Shown here piece by piece: positions 1 through 10,773 of a stretch of 64,000 nucleotides of DNA. Where the stretch lies: the IMG/VR virus record IMGVR_UViG_3300044614_001341, positions 1-64,000 of that record, one strand, 5' to 3'. Each line of letters starts with the position of its first letter. Positions within the stretch are counted from its first letter, which is position 1. Both the position numbers and the translations under genes were made by a program. This stretch comes from a virus. The notes below the pieces were generated by a model. The model saw nothing but the letters and a program-made list of their open reading frames with translations. It ran no database searches and was not told the DNA's origin.

Positions 1-3000
1 TATTTGCTGTTCTTAAAGACCAATTTATAGTATCAGTAGAAGAACTTAAAACTCCAGAGTTTCCACCAGCAACATAAACACCACCATAAACCATAGCATT
101 AATAGTGGTAGTACCAAAACCAGAAGTTCTTAAAGTCCAGTTGATATTATCGGTAGATACTGAAATAAAACCACCATCACCAATTGCATTACTACACCCA
201 GCAACAATATAATCATTACTGGTTCCAATAGAGTTAATAGTATGAATTGCAGAGTTTGTTGTGCGAAGTATCCAATATAAGCTGTCTGTTGATGTAGAGA
301 AATAGGCACCGTTTCCAAAACCAGATAAGATGTTTTGAGTTGATGTTCCAGTGACTCCAGAAGCACCACCAAAAATATAAGTATTATTTCCAAATCCAAT
401 TGTATTAATTGCCGATGTCGTAGATGTTGTTCTTAAAATCCATACAATTCCATCAGTAGAAGTTGCTGTATTGGCACTATTAGTAGCACTTACACCACCA
501 GCAACATAAACACCGTTATTATAAACTAATGAGTTGATTGCGTTTGTGGTGAATGGTGTAGTTCTTACAGTCCAGTTACTTCCATCTGCGGATGTTGCTA
601 AACGACCAGCATCACCAGAAGCAACATAAACAGTTCCATAAGTTAATGCACGAACTGCAGAAGTACCAAATCCAGGTATTTTAGCATCCCAAGAGATTGA
701 GTCGGTAGATGTGGAAAGTCCAAAACCTAAAGTTGTTAGAGATGTTTGAGTAGCAGTGTTTAAGACTCCATTATTACCAGCAGCAACATAAGTATTATTT
801 GCATAGGTTAGTGCATTAATAGTATTACCAGTACCAGAAGTTCTTAAAGTCCAAGTGATTGCATCTGTTGAAGTATTTAATTTTCCACCCTCACCACCAG
901 CAACATAAGTATTGTTTGCATAAATGAACTCATAAAGAGTACTTAGAAAAAATCCAGAAGTTCTTAAAGTCCAAGTAATAGCATCTGTTGAAGTATTTAA
1001 TATTCCACCAGTACCACCAACAACATAAGTGCTGTTTGCAAAAGTAAGCGCAGCATATCCAGCAGTAGTACCAGAAGTTCTTAAAGTCCATACAATTGCA
1101 TTTGTTGAAGTGTTTAATACTCCATTATCACCACCGACAACATAAGTATCGTTTGCATAAATGAGAGTATAAAGATTTCCACTTGCAGCACCTGCAGTTC
1201 TTAAAGTCCAAGCAATTGCATCTGTTGAGGTATTTAATTTTCCACCATCACTACTAGCAACATAAAATGTTGAATAAGTAAGAGCACGAATAGTATTAGC
1301 ACCAAAACCAGAAGTTCTTAATTCCCAAGTGATTGCGTCTGTTGAGGTGTTTAATCTTCCATTACCACCAGCAACATAAGTATTGTTTGCAAAAGTAAGA
1401 GCATTAATATTAGTAGTACCAAAACCAGAAGTTCTTAAAGTCCAAGTGATTGCATTTGTTGAGGTGTTTAAGACTCCATTAAAACCACCAGCAACATAAG
1501 TATTATTTTCAAAAATAATATCAGAAAGATTGTTAGTAGTACCAGAAGTTCTTAAAGTCCATTGAACATTAGTGCTAATATTACCACCAGCAACATAAAG
1601 ACTATTCGCATATATTAAAGCATTAATCGTCGTATTACCAAAACCAGAAGTTCTAAACTCCCAAGAAAGTCCATCAGTAGAAGTAATAAGGTCTCTAACA
1701 AGACCATCATAGTCAGTAAATCCAGCAACGATACGATTTGATGTATCAACTGCAAAAGAGTTAATTGTTTCTATATTGGTATTTGTGGTTCTTAAAGCCC
1801 AAACAATTTCATCTGTTGAAACTGAAAAATAAGCACCGAGTCCTGTGGAGGTTAGTGTGGTGGATGGTGAGGTATTTAATATTCCACTAACACCACCAGC
1901 AACATAAGTATTGTTTGCAAAGGTAAGTGCATAAATGGCATTAGCAGCAAAACCAGAAGTTCTTAAAGTCCAAACAATTGCATTTGTTGAGATATTTAAG
2001 TTTCCACTAGCACCACCAGCAACATAAGTATTGTTTCCAAAGGTGAGTGCATTAATATCTATAGCACCAAAACCATAAGTTCTTAAAGTCCAATGAATTG
2101 CATCTGTTGAGGTATTTAATCTTCCACCTTGACCACCAGCAACATAAGTATTATTGGCAAATGTAAGAGTATTAATTAAATTTGCACCAAAACTAGCAGT
2201 TCTTATAGTCCAAGCAATCGCATCTGTTGAAGTACTTAATCTTCCAACTACACTGGAAGTACCTCCACCAGCAACATAAGTATTGACAGGCGTATCTCCA
2301 AAAGTAAGACAAGTAATAGTACTAGTGGCAACACCAGAAGTTCTTAAAGTCCAGGAAATTGCATTTGTTGAGGTATTTAAGACTCCACCAGCACCACAAG
2401 TAAGATAAGTATTGTTTGCATAAGTAAGAGCATAAGGAATTTGACCACCAAAACTAGCAGTTCTTATAGTCCAAGCAATCGCATCTGTTGAGGTTCTTAA
2501 GACTCCAGCACCACCAGCAGCAACATAAGTATTAGTAGGAGTATTTCCAAAAGTGAGTGCTAGAACAGTACCAGCACCAAAAGACAAAGTTCTTGCAGTC
2601 CAGATGATTGAATCTGTTGAGGTACTTAATCTTCCACTAGCACCACCAGCAACATAAGTATTGTTTGCAAAGGTGAGTGCATTAATATCACTAGTAGCAA
2701 AACCAGAAGTTCTTAAAGTCCACATCACAGTGGCACCTGTACCACCAGCAATATAATTTCCACTATAAGTTCCAAGAGCATTAATAGAACCTACAGTTCC
2801 TGATGTTCTTAAAGTCCATCTAACTGCATCTGTTGAAGAAACTAAAACACCAGAAGCACCACCCAAGACATAATCACTGATATACACCGAAGCATTCAAT
2901 GCACTTGTAGTACCAGAAGTTCTTAGAATCCAATAAATAGGTGTTACTGCAGTTCCACCAAGTAAATATACATTATCCTTAAATGCAAGTGCATTCATCT

Positions 3001-3030
3001 GCAATGTTGTTCCTGCAGTTCTCAGTGCCC
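1..3030 (-). repeat. Coding tandem repeats of ~120 bp (ccagaagttcttaaagtcca / ccaccagcaacataagtattgtttgc cores)
   Basis: More than 20 imperfect copies visible directly in the DNA. Confidence 0.9.
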
Positions 3031-3355
3031 ATAGAGAACCAGGAGTATATGCAGATGCCATTGCATCACCACTTGCACCACCACCACCTGCACCAGTTGC
3101 TTCGATTGTAATCTTCTTTGCTTGTGTTGGTAAATTAAAAGTATAAGTTCCTGCTGCCGTATATTCTTGAGTTGCTTGAATTGGTTCCCAACTTACACTA
3201 CTACCATTAGTAAATAAAAATTCATTCTCATTTCCAGTGATACTTGGTATAGAACCACCAAGTTTATTATCAACATATTCTTTGTAAGCAGCATCACTTC
3301 CACTTGTTACTGTGGAAAGTCCAGTAATCGAACTTAAACCTACTACAACTGGCAT
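1..3355 (-). CDS. Large virion/tail protein with ~40-aa Asp-box/BNR-like beta-propeller repeats (3' end outside window)
   Basis: Not in ORF track. ATG at 3355, 1 nt after the tail-fibre stop (MPVVVGLSSITGLSTVTSGSDAAYKEYVD...). The same frame reads STDTINWSLRTAN at the left edge. Repeats LTFANNTYVAGG..G.LNTSTDAI.WTLRTSG throughout; not every codon was checked. Confidence 0.85.
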   Translation of the reverse strand, partial: MPVVVGLSSITGLSTVTSGSDAAYKEYVDNKLGGSIPSITGNENEFLFTNGSSVSWEPIQATQEYTAAGTYTFNLPTQAKKITIEATGAGGGGASGDAMASAYTPGSLWALRTAGTTLQMNALAFKDNVYLLGGTAVTPIYWILRTSGTTSALNASVYISDYVLGGASGVLVSSTDAVRWTLRTSGTVGSINALGTYSGNYIAGGTGATVMWTLRTSGFATSDINALTFANNTYVAGGASGRLSTSTDSIIWTARTLSFGAGTVLALTFGNTPTNTYVAAGGAGVLRTSTDAIAWTIRTASFGGQIPYALTYANNTYLTCGAGGVLNTSTNAISWTLRTSGVATSTITCLTFGDTPVNTYVAGGGTSSVVGRLSTSTDAIAWTIRTASFGANLINTLTFANNTYVAGGQGGRLNTSTDAIHWTLRTYGFGAIDINALTFGNNTYVAGGASGNLNISTNAIVWTLRTSGFAANAIYALTFANNTYVAGGVSGILNTSPSTTLTSTGLGAYFSVSTDEIVWALRTTNTNIETINSFAVDTSNRIVAGFTDYDGLVRDLITSTDGLSWEFRTSGFGNTTINALIYANSLYVAGGNISTNVQWTLRTSGTTNNLSDIIFENNTYVAGGFNGVLNTSTNAITWTLRTSGFGTTNINALTFANNTYVAGGNGRLNTSTDAITWELRTSGFGANTIRALTYSTFYVASSDGGKLNTSTDAIAWTLRTAGAASGNLYTLIYANDTYVVGGDNGVLNTSTNAIVWTLRTSGTTAGYAALTFANSTYVVGGTGGILNTSTDAITWTLRTSGFFLSTLYEFIYANNTYVAGGEGGKLNTSTDAITWTLRTSGTGNTINALTYANNTYVAAGNNGVLNTATQTSLTTLGFGLSTSTDSISWDAKIPGFGTSAVRALTYGTVYVASGDAGRLATSADGSNWTVRTTPFTTNAINSLVYNNGVYVAGGVSATNSANTATSTDGIVWILRTTSTTSAINTIGFGNNTYIFGGASGVTGTSTQNILSGFGNGAYFSTSTDSLYWILRTTNSAIHTINSIGTSNDYIVAGCSNAIGDGGFISVSTDNINWTLRTSGFGTTTINAMVYGGVYVAGGNSGVLSSSTDTINWSLRTAN

Positions 3356-3356
3356 A

Positions 3357-6300
3357 TCACTTCTCCTCCAGTTTTCTTTCTAACTCTACAATTCGTTGAT
3401 TTTGTTCCTTAACTGCTTCAATTAAAAGACCGACTAAGTTTGCATAAGCAACCGATTTGGTCTCATAATCTGGTGCTGATTTTGGATAAACAACCTCAGG
3501 GATAATTTCTTCAACCTCTTGTGCAATCACACCGATTTGATGATCTCCGGTATCTATACGATCAAATTCAACCCCACGAATAGACAACACTTTATGTAGA
3601 GCATTTTCTATAGTTTTAATATTTGTCTTCAGTTTCTTGTCCGAATTTGCAGTTACAGTACCACCAGCAACCAAATTTCCCGTTGATGGGTTGAATGTAA
3701 GTTTTGTTGAAGATACATTTGCTGCAGTTACTGTGCCACTTGTAACATCATCAAAAAGAATATATCTTGTTGCATTTGTTGAAGTATCATCAGTTACAGT
3801 TAGACCACCAGAAACACCAGATAATTGAGAACCGTCCCCATAATAAGTTACAATACCAGAAGTTGCCGTAATAATACCAGAAGATATTCTTACTGTTCCT
3901 AAAGTAGAAATACCAGAGATGGAAAGTGCAGTTCCAACAAGGTTATTTGCAATAGTAACAGTAGCAATACCATTTGCTCCAGAAGTTGCAGTTACATTTA
4001 CATTAGAACCAATAAAATTAAGAGTCGTAATACTATTTGATGTTCCTACATTAACTCCCTCATCTTGAACAGAAATACCACCAAAGGACCCAGAAGCAGC
4101 ACTTACATTTCCCCAAATTGGAACAGAACCATTAAAGAGTAAAACTTGACCAGATGTTCCATTTGTTACAAAAGTTGTTGTGTCAGTTGCTGACTGATAT
4201 GGGACATTGCCAGCAACTCCACCTTTTAGGTTAGTTGAAACTCCTGCTGCGGTTGCATAAGTAGCAATACCACTTGAGGTAGCATAGGTTGCTATACCCG
4301 CATTAGTAGCATAAGTTGCTATACCCGCATTAGTAGCATAAGTTGCTATACCCGCATTAGTAGCATAATTAGCAGTAGTAGCATTACCAGTAATATCAAT
4401 ACTATAAGTTCCACTTAATCTTGCGGAATTAATAGTACCTGTTGTAATATTTGCAGCATCTGCAAGATTAGTTGCAGTAGTAGCAGTTCCTGTTAGGTTG
4501 GCAGTAATTGTTCCTGCACTAAAATTACCAGATGCATCACGAGCAACAATTGTTGATGAAGTATTTACATCGGTTGCATTAGAAGTTACTGTAAACGTAG
4601 AAGAACCTGATTGATTTGCAGTAAATGTAGCAGAACCAGAAAGTCCAGTTCCAGAAACACCAAGAGAAAGTTGTCCGTTATTTGGAGCAACAGTTGTTAC
4701 ACCAGTTACAAGTCCTTTTGCATTAACTGTAATTGATGGAATTGCTCCTACATCACCATAAGTTCCAACATTACTATTAACAGTTGCTAATGTTGTTGCA
4801 GTATTACTAGATGTTATATCTCCAGTGAGATTTGGAATATTAGTTGTTGATGTTGCAGTTCCTGTAAGAGAACCTACGAATGTTGTTGCGGTTACAACAC
4901 CAGAAGATATTTGTACTGTTCCTAAAGTAGAAATTCCAGAGATAGATAAAGAAGTTCCTACAATATTACTACCAGAAATAGATCCTCCAGTAAATTCTCC
5001 ATAGATAGAACTAAAAATTCTATTCGCAGTTAAAATACCAGTAATATAAGTATCACCATCAACATAAAGTTTAGAAGTTGGATTTGTGGTTCCTATACCA
5101 GTATTACCGGAAACATAAGCACCACCAGTAACTTGAAGTCTTTGTGTTGCAGTTCCTGTTGAGGTTCCAGAACCAATTAATACAGGTCCGTCAGTGAAGG
5201 TAGAAACCCCAGTGACTTGGAGTTGTGTTATAGAACCTATGCCGCCTATGACACTTGTAGATACTCCAGCAGTAACCGCATAAGTACTAACACCTGCTGT
5301 TGTAGAGTAACCAGAGAAGGTAGAAAATCCTGATGTTGTAGCATAAGTACTTAAACCAGCATTATTAGCATATCCAGAAAACGTAGAGAATCCAGAGGTA
5401 TTAGCGTATCCAGAGAAGGTTGATACTCCTGATGTTGTAGCATAAGTACTTAAACCAGCATTATTAGCATATCCAGAGAACGTAGAGAATCCTGATACTC
5501 CAGAATAAGTACTAACACCTGATGTTGTAGCATAAGTTGCTATACCTGCTACATTGGAGTATCCAGAAAACGTAGAGAATCCAGAGGTATTAGCGTATCC
5601 AGAGAAGGTTGATACTCCTGATGTTGTAGCATAAGTTGCTATACCTGCTACATTGGAGTATCCAGAGAAGGTAGAGAATCCTGATACTCCAGAATAAGTA
5701 CTAACACCTGATGTTGTAGCATAAGTAGCAATACCTGCTACATTGGAGTATCCAGAGAAGGTAGAGAATCCAGAGGTATTAGAATATCCAGAGAACGTAG
5801 AGAATCCAGATACTCCAGAATAAGTACTAACACCTGATGTTGTAGCATAAGTTGCTATACCACTTGAAGTGGCATAAGTAGCACTTGAAGCATTACCAGA
5901 GAAACTTGATGCTGTAACAACACCAGAAGCATTAATATTTCTTACAACTGCTAAATCATTTTCAGTAAACTGAACTGATCCTGCTGCTAATCTGGTTCCT
6001 GTTGGGAATTGAGTGCTACCAATACCAACTGCATAGTTAACTAACCAAGCATCAGTACCAAGTCCACTAAAAGTACCAGACTTAAACCACATAATTTTCT
6101 TATATGTGGCAGGTGCTGTTTCAATACCAGTGATAAACAAATCAACTAATGGATTACCTTCAGTGGATGCAAGAGCAACACCACCGTGATTGGCAGTAGT
6201 ATCATTTGAAATATCATTACCAAATGCATCAGTTCTATATCCAAGAATAATATCTGGATCAGTAACAACTAATTCTTGAACACTAATAAATGCAGTTGTT

Positions 6301-7682
6301 CCACCAATCGTAATATTTCCAGTGACGTTTAAGTTACGATTGACTTGAAGGTCTCTTGTAACTGTTAAATCCTGAGGAACAACTAAATTACTTGGAAGAC
6401 TTAATGTTGGTGTTGAACTTTCACCTGTTCCAGAAGTAACTGTAATTTGGTTTGATGTTCCAGTGATGTTTGCTACATAATCACCAGATGTATCAGTTCC
6501 AAGAGCAACGCTATTAGGTTGAATGGTTGCCGCTAATGATACATTACCAGTACCATTAAAACTTATTGGAGATGCAATAATATCTCCAGTAATTTGGAAT
6601 GTTCTTGCGTTTTGAAGTGCCGTTGCGACACCTGCTGTTGTAGCATAAGTACTTAAACCAGCATTATTAGCATATCCAGAGAACGTAGAGAATCCTGATG
6701 TTGTAGCATAAGTACTTAAACCAGAATTATTAGCGTAACCAGAGAACGTAGAGAATCCTGATGTTGTAGCATAAGTACTAACACCTGATGTTGTAGCATA
6801 AGTACTTAAACCAGCATTATTAGCATATCCAGAGAACGTAGAGAATCCTGATGTTGTAGCATAAGTACTAACACCTGATGTTGTAGCATAAGTACTTAAA
6901 CCAGAATTATTAGCGTAACCAGAGAACGTAGAGAATCCTGATGTTGTAGCATAAGTACTTAAACCAGAATTATTAGCGTAACCAGAGAACGTAGAGAATC
7001 CTGATGTTGTAGCATAAGTACTTAAACCAGAATTATTAGCGTAACCAGAGAACGTAGAGAATCCAGAGGTATTAGCGTATCCAGAGAAGGTTGATACTCC
7101 TGATGTTGTAGCGTAAGTTGCTATACCAGAAGTAGAAGCATAAGTTGCACTTAAAGCATTACCACCAAATGAAGAGGCAGTTATAATACCCGTAAAATAT
7201 CCATCCCCAACAACATAAAGTTTTGATGTTGGAGTTGTGGTTCCAATACCAACATTATTATCTAAGTTGATACGAATGGTATCTCCACCATTCGCACCTA
7301 AACCAAGTTGTACTGTTCCAGCAGATCGAATATTAGATACTAAGTTCGAATGACTAATAATTAAATCACCTTGACTTCCAGTAACAAATCTAATATCCCC
7401 ACCATCAACCTCCAACTTATAACTAGTACTAATTCCACCAGCAGCAACACCAATTGCAACTTTACCCTCTTTTGTAATTACAAAAGGTGTTACATCAGGA
7501 TTTGCACTATCTTCTACAAGAAAAGCAGGTCCCGTTCCAATTTGACTAATTCTTACAAGTTCCCCAGAACTTTCTCCAGTAAAAACAGCAGCACCAATAA
7601 CCTCAAGTGAACTTAAATTTTCACTATAAGATGTAAGTCCAACCTTTAAATTTTTCTGTCTACCGCTGGTGTACTTTGCCAT
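3357..7682 (-). CDS. Long tail fibre with C-terminal peptidase S74 intramolecular chaperone domain
   Basis: GIGT motifs, S/T/G-rich repeats, C-terminus SDKKLKTNI...IGVIAQEVE...KSVAYANLVGLLIEAVKEQ. Confidence 0.9.
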   Translation of the reverse strand: MAKYTSGRQKNLKVGLTSYSENLSSLEVIGAAVFTGESSGELVRISQIGTGPAFLVEDSANPDVTPFVITKEGKVAIGVAAGGISTSYKLEVDGGDIRFVTGSQGDLIISHSNLVSNIRSAGTVQLGLGANGGDTIRINLDNNVGIGTTTPTSKLYVVGDGYFTGIITASSFGGNALSATYASTSGIATYATTSGVSTFSGYANTSGFSTFSGYANNSGLSTYATTSGFSTFSGYANNSGLSTYATTSGFSTFSGYANNSGLSTYATTSGVSTYATTSGFSTFSGYANNAGLSTYATTSGVSTYATTSGFSTFSGYANNSGLSTYATTSGFSTFSGYANNAGLSTYATTAGVATALQNARTFQITGDIIASPISFNGTGNVSLAATIQPNSVALGTDTSGDYVANITGTSNQITVTSGTGESSTPTLSLPSNLVVPQDLTVTRDLQVNRNLNVTGNITIGGTTAFISVQELVVTDPDIILGYRTDAFGNDISNDTTANHGGVALASTEGNPLVDLFITGIETAPATYKKIMWFKSGTFSGLGTDAWLVNYAVGIGSTQFPTGTRLAAGSVQFTENDLAVVRNINASGVVTASSFSGNASSATYATSSGIATYATTSGVSTYSGVSGFSTFSGYSNTSGFSTFSGYSNVAGIATYATTSGVSTYSGVSGFSTFSGYSNVAGIATYATTSGVSTFSGYANTSGFSTFSGYSNVAGIATYATTSGVSTYSGVSGFSTFSGYANNAGLSTYATTSGVSTFSGYANTSGFSTFSGYANNAGLSTYATTSGFSTFSGYSTTAGVSTYAVTAGVSTSVIGGIGSITQLQVTGVSTFTDGPVLIGSGTSTGTATQRLQVTGGAYVSGNTGIGTTNPTSKLYVDGDTYITGILTANRIFSSIYGEFTGGSISGSNIVGTSLSISGISTLGTVQISSGVVTATTFVGSLTGTATSTTNIPNLTGDITSSNTATTLATVNSNVGTYGDVGAIPSITVNAKGLVTGVTTVAPNNGQLSLGVSGTGLSGSATFTANQSGSSTFTVTSNATDVNTSSTIVARDASGNFSAGTITANLTGTATTATNLADAANITTGTINSARLSGTYSIDITGNATTANYATNAGIATYATNAGIATYATNAGIATYATSSGIATYATAAGVSTNLKGGVAGNVPYQSATDTTTFVTNGTSGQVLLFNGSVPIWGNVSAASGSFGGISVQDEGVNVGTSNSITTLNFIGSNVNVTATSGANGIATVTIANNLVGTALSISGISTLGTVRISSGIITATSGIVTYYGDGSQLSGVSGGLTVTDDTSTNATRYILFDDVTSGTVTAANVSSTKLTFNPSTGNLVAGGTVTANSDKKLKTNIKTIENALHKVLSIRGVEFDRIDTGDHQIGVIAQEVEEIIPEVVYPKSAPDYETKSVAYANLVGLLIEAVKEQNQRIVELERKLEEK
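4250..4370 (-). repeat. 27-bp tandem repeat (YATNAGIAT)
   Basis: gcataagttgctatacccgcattagta repeated nearly identically. Confidence 0.9.
5270..5885 (-). repeat. Mosaic coding repeat block 2 (SGFSTFSGY / AGIATYATT / SGVSTY units)
   Basis: Near-identical DNA units reshuffled. Confidence 0.9.
6630..7145 (-). repeat. Mosaic coding repeat block 1 (63-bp ATTSGFSTFSGYANNSGLSTY units)
   Basis: Exact DNA repeats such as gtagagaatcctgatgttgtagcataagtact. Confidence 0.9.
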
Positions 7683-7683
7683 T

Positions 7684-8025
7684 TTAGTTGAGTGTCTCTA
7701 GAATGCTTCCTAAAAATTTAATATCAGTTCCACTACTTGCAGATAAAACAAGAACATCACCAGATTCAAGAACCAATTTACCCGAAAGAAGATTTGCACT
7801 ATCACTTGCAGAAATTGGAAAATCTTTCAAAATTTCAGTCGTAACTGCAATTCCTGCAGTTGTTCTTTGATGTGAAAAAGAAACTGTTTGAGTTCCACTA
7901 CCAATATTTGTTGCCTGCGCTAAAAGAACTACGCCAGTATATCCTACAGGAGCAGTATAAATCCCTACAGCATTTGTTGTTGCTACTTTGGTGACTGTTT
8001 TAAATACATTAAGTGCTAGTGCCAT
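7684..8025 (-). CDS. Small tail-associated virion protein
   Basis: Beta-rich, KLVLESGD motif typical of cyanophage tail accessory proteins; lies between fibre genes. Confidence 0.6.
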   Translation of the reverse strand: MALALNVFKTVTKVATTNAVGIYTAPVGYTGVVLLAQATNIGSGTQTVSFSHQRTTAGIAVTTEILKDFPISASDSANLLSGKLVLESGDVLVLSASSGTDIKFLGSILETLN

Positions 8026-8029
8026 TCTA

Positions 8030-9883
8030 TTATTCTCCTCCTAGTGCTAGAATGAATGGTGTCATTGTAGAGAATAAACTCTTCGAATAAAATGTTCCAG
8101 AAATTGTTCCTGTAGTTTGATTAACAACTACACCATCACCGATTCTAAAGTTTCCTGATTGGTCCGTGCTTGTGAAAACTACAAGACCACCATTTCTCAT
8201 ATCAACTTCATTATCTTGAATTGGAACACCACCTTGAGCAGGAAGAGCATTATTAATATTTGTACCAGAACCAATATATTCAAAAGAATGCCCTGATGCT
8301 AATACTCTACTTTGCTTAAAAAATGGAACAGTCGAACCAACACCAACTGCATAAGGAACATTATCACTCACAGTAATTGTACAAATACCAGAAGAAACTG
8401 GAGTTGAACTTATGACAGAATAATATGTTGGAAGTAATTCTAAAGTTGCTGTTGATGTATTTATTCCCACATCAGGACCAGCAATTGTAACTGTTGGTGT
8501 CGTCGCATAACCTCTTCCACTTGAGACAATTTCAATTCCAGTTACAGAACCATTTGAAACTTCTGCGACTGCTGTTGCCTGAACTCCCCAATCAGTTGAA
8601 GGTGCAGAAATTGTAACAACTGGACTTGAATTATACCCAGTTCCACCAGCACTAACTCTAATTTTATTAACTGTATAATATAAGTCATCAAAGTAAACAA
8701 CCTGACCATCAAAAGGTCTTACAACATTGATCTTTACAGTTCCTCCAGAAACATAAGTATGAGGCAACGTTGAAGGACCAACGTTGACCACCAGTTGATT
8801 TGCTGCAGGAACTGACTGAACCTCAAACACATAACCATAATTGCCACTTGGATATGTAACAATTCCTGGTCCAGATGGACAAGTAAATCCAAGTCCAGCA
8901 ATCGTGACTCCCATACCAACAGAAAAGTTATGATTTGCAGAAGTAGTGATTGTCGTAACACCACTTACGTTATCATAAACAGCATTTGATACATTATAAG
9001 TTGGTACATTTAAGTTTAAAGTAAATACATCACTATTTGCTTCTGCTGCTTGAGTTATAATTCCTGTATATTTTCTGGGACCAACACCATCAGCAACAAG
9101 ACCATAGTTACCAAATGATGCATTAGAGTTTGTTAGATCACAAGCAGCACCAGTTCCACAGAAGACTGCAGTGTCTGGGCAAATTGTGAAAAGTGAAACT
9201 AACTGAGCATATCCTTCATTAGTAATTGAAACTCCAATACCACCCTGATTGTATTGTGTATATGAGTCAAGAACCATTGACTTGGTTGGTCCAATAGAAT
9301 ATCTACCATCAATCTTCATTCCAATACTGTTTGGAATAAAGTTTGTACAGTTTTGAATATAAGGTGACTGATTATTAAAAACTGGTTTGTTGGGATTGAA
9401 TGCAAAAATAGCGCCAGTGTTTGCAGATCCTACAAATGACATTTCGGCAATATAATTTCCATTCCCAACATAAAAAAGGTCTCCTTGATTCTGTGGAGTA
9501 ACTGAAACCTCTCTTAAACTATCACCAACAATACTAACTTGATTGGGAATATCAATTGGATTATTTTCTACATAAGATCCAGCACTAACTCTAATAACGG
9601 AACCTGCTGTTGAGATTGCAACTGCTCCTGCAATGGTTGCTTTTGCGTCTCCGAGTTTGAGTCCTGTGTTTGTATCGTTTCCGTCTCTTGTGACATAGAT
9701 GACATTTGTAACTGTTGCTCCTGCACCGATGCGAATAATATCTGTGCCGATTCCAGGACGTTCTCTTTTCGCAGTCAGCTCACCATCATAAGTGTTGTAG
9801 GCTAATTCTGCATTTAATAATTGATCTACTGTAGGTCTTTTACCAGGAACAGCAGAGCGTTTAATCCTGATCGGAGTTGACAT
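8030..9883 (-). CDS. Virion structural/tail protein with beta-helix-like domain
   Basis: N-terminal IRIKRSAVPGKRP..ELAYNTYDG fibre motif; YVTRDGNDTNTG..ATIAGA; GGTGY/GRGY repeats. Confidence 0.7.
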   Translation of the reverse strand: MSTPIRIKRSAVPGKRPTVDQLLNAELAYNTYDGELTAKRERPGIGTDIIRIGAGATVTNVIYVTRDGNDTNTGLKLGDAKATIAGAVAISTAGSVIRVSAGSYVENNPIDIPNQVSIVGDSLREVSVTPQNQGDLFYVGNGNYIAEMSFVGSANTGAIFAFNPNKPVFNNQSPYIQNCTNFIPNSIGMKIDGRYSIGPTKSMVLDSYTQYNQGGIGVSITNEGYAQLVSLFTICPDTAVFCGTGAACDLTNSNASFGNYGLVADGVGPRKYTGIITQAAEANSDVFTLNLNVPTYNVSNAVYDNVSGVTTITTSANHNFSVGMGVTIAGLGFTCPSGPGIVTYPSGNYGYVFEVQSVPAANQLVVNVGPSTLPHTYVSGGTVKINVVRPFDGQVVYFDDLYYTVNKIRVSAGGTGYNSSPVVTISAPSTDWGVQATAVAEVSNGSVTGIEIVSSGRGYATTPTVTIAGPDVGINTSTATLELLPTYYSVISSTPVSSGICTITVSDNVPYAVGVGSTVPFFKQSRVLASGHSFEYIGSGTNINNALPAQGGVPIQDNEVDMRNGGLVVFTSTDQSGNFRIGDGVVVNQTTGTISGTFYSKSLFSTMTPFILALGGE

Positions 9884-9939
9884 TTATTACATTCGGTATA
9901 TACCACAAAAACAGTATTTACTGCCTTTGATTTATTTAT

Positions 9940-10311
9940 TCAAGTAACATTATTACGTCTTGGGCGATAAGCATAAAGATTTGTTGGAGGATCTGGTTTC
10001 ATCCATTCCTCTATCTTATCAAATCTTTCTTCACTATAAAAATCTTGTTGAACATACCATAGTTTCCAGTGCTCATGACCCTTTGACTGGTTACAATCGT
10101 GGCAGCAGCATACTACGTTTTTTGTAACATCTAATCCACCTTTACATTGTGGAATCACATGGTCGATTGTGAGATTCTCTTCCGATCCACAATAGGCACA
10201 TTGATGTCCCCATTCCTCTTTTATGTTTTGCCTCCACATTCGTTTTGCCTCCCCAGAACTTGTTGTATGTAAATTAAACAAGTATTCTTTTGGAGAATGT
10301 AGAGGTCCCAT
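9940..10311 (-). CDS. HNH endonuclease
   Basis: CAYCG..LTIDHVIPQCKGG..NVVCCCHDCNQSK. Confidence 0.9.
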   Translation of the reverse strand: MGPLHSPKEYLFNLHTTSSGEAKRMWRQNIKEEWGHQCAYCGSEENLTIDHVIPQCKGGLDVTKNVVCCCHDCNQSKGHEHWKLWYVQQDFYSEERFDKIEEWMKPDPPTNLYAYRPRRNNVT

Positions 10312-10330
10312 AAGTTACTGCGACTTACAT

Positions 10331-10474
10331 TTATTTATTGTGCTTCTTCTTACAAGCACTCCTTGCCCAAGCACGACTTAGACTATTCACATAAGAGCAA
10401 GATTTTTTAGATTCCCCACAGTATGGACATTTTTCATCTGGGGGATCTTTAAGATAACCCTCAGGTGTATACAT
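10331..10474 (-). CDS. Small Cys-rich hypothetical protein
   Basis: MYTPEG...CPYCGESKKSCS...C; start refined from the track ORF. Confidence 0.55.
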   Translation of the reverse strand: MYTPEGYLKDPPDEKCPYCGESKKSCSYVNSLSRAWARSACKKKHNK

Positions 10475-10518
10475 TTTTTTCTTTTTAAGATTCTCTAATT
10501 GTTTATATTTACGGTGGT

Positions 10519-10773
10519 TCATACAACCACAGGTTCTCCTTGACCTTGTGGAATGCATAAGTCTTGTACTGCAGGTAATCCAATTTGACCTGGTAGTTGT
10601 TTATCAGTGGTTGAAGAAATATCAATCACCTGATCCAGAATAAATCGTTGACGACTATAAGATCTTTTATCGGGTTCAAACGCAACCATCATAATCGCAT
10701 CATTAATGTCTCCACAATGAGCGATAATCCTTCCTGTCTTATTTTCCGTTACGATCCAGTATTCGTTCATCAT
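10519..10773 (-). CDS. Hypothetical protein
   Basis: ORF track, operon context. Confidence 0.6.
   Translation of the reverse strand: MMNEYWIVTENKTGRIIAHCGDINDAIMMVAFEPDKRSYSRQRFILDQVIDISSTTDKQLPGQIGLPAVQDLCIPQGQGEPVVV

Noticed and set aside
130-399. 89-aa track ORF
   Set aside because: Alternative frame inside the large repeat gene
1-3030. Regular repeats with variable spacers, resembling a CRISPR array or DGR target
   Set aside because: Units are in-frame protein repeats with synonymous variation; no cas or reverse transcriptase gene in the window; variation is not confined to adenines
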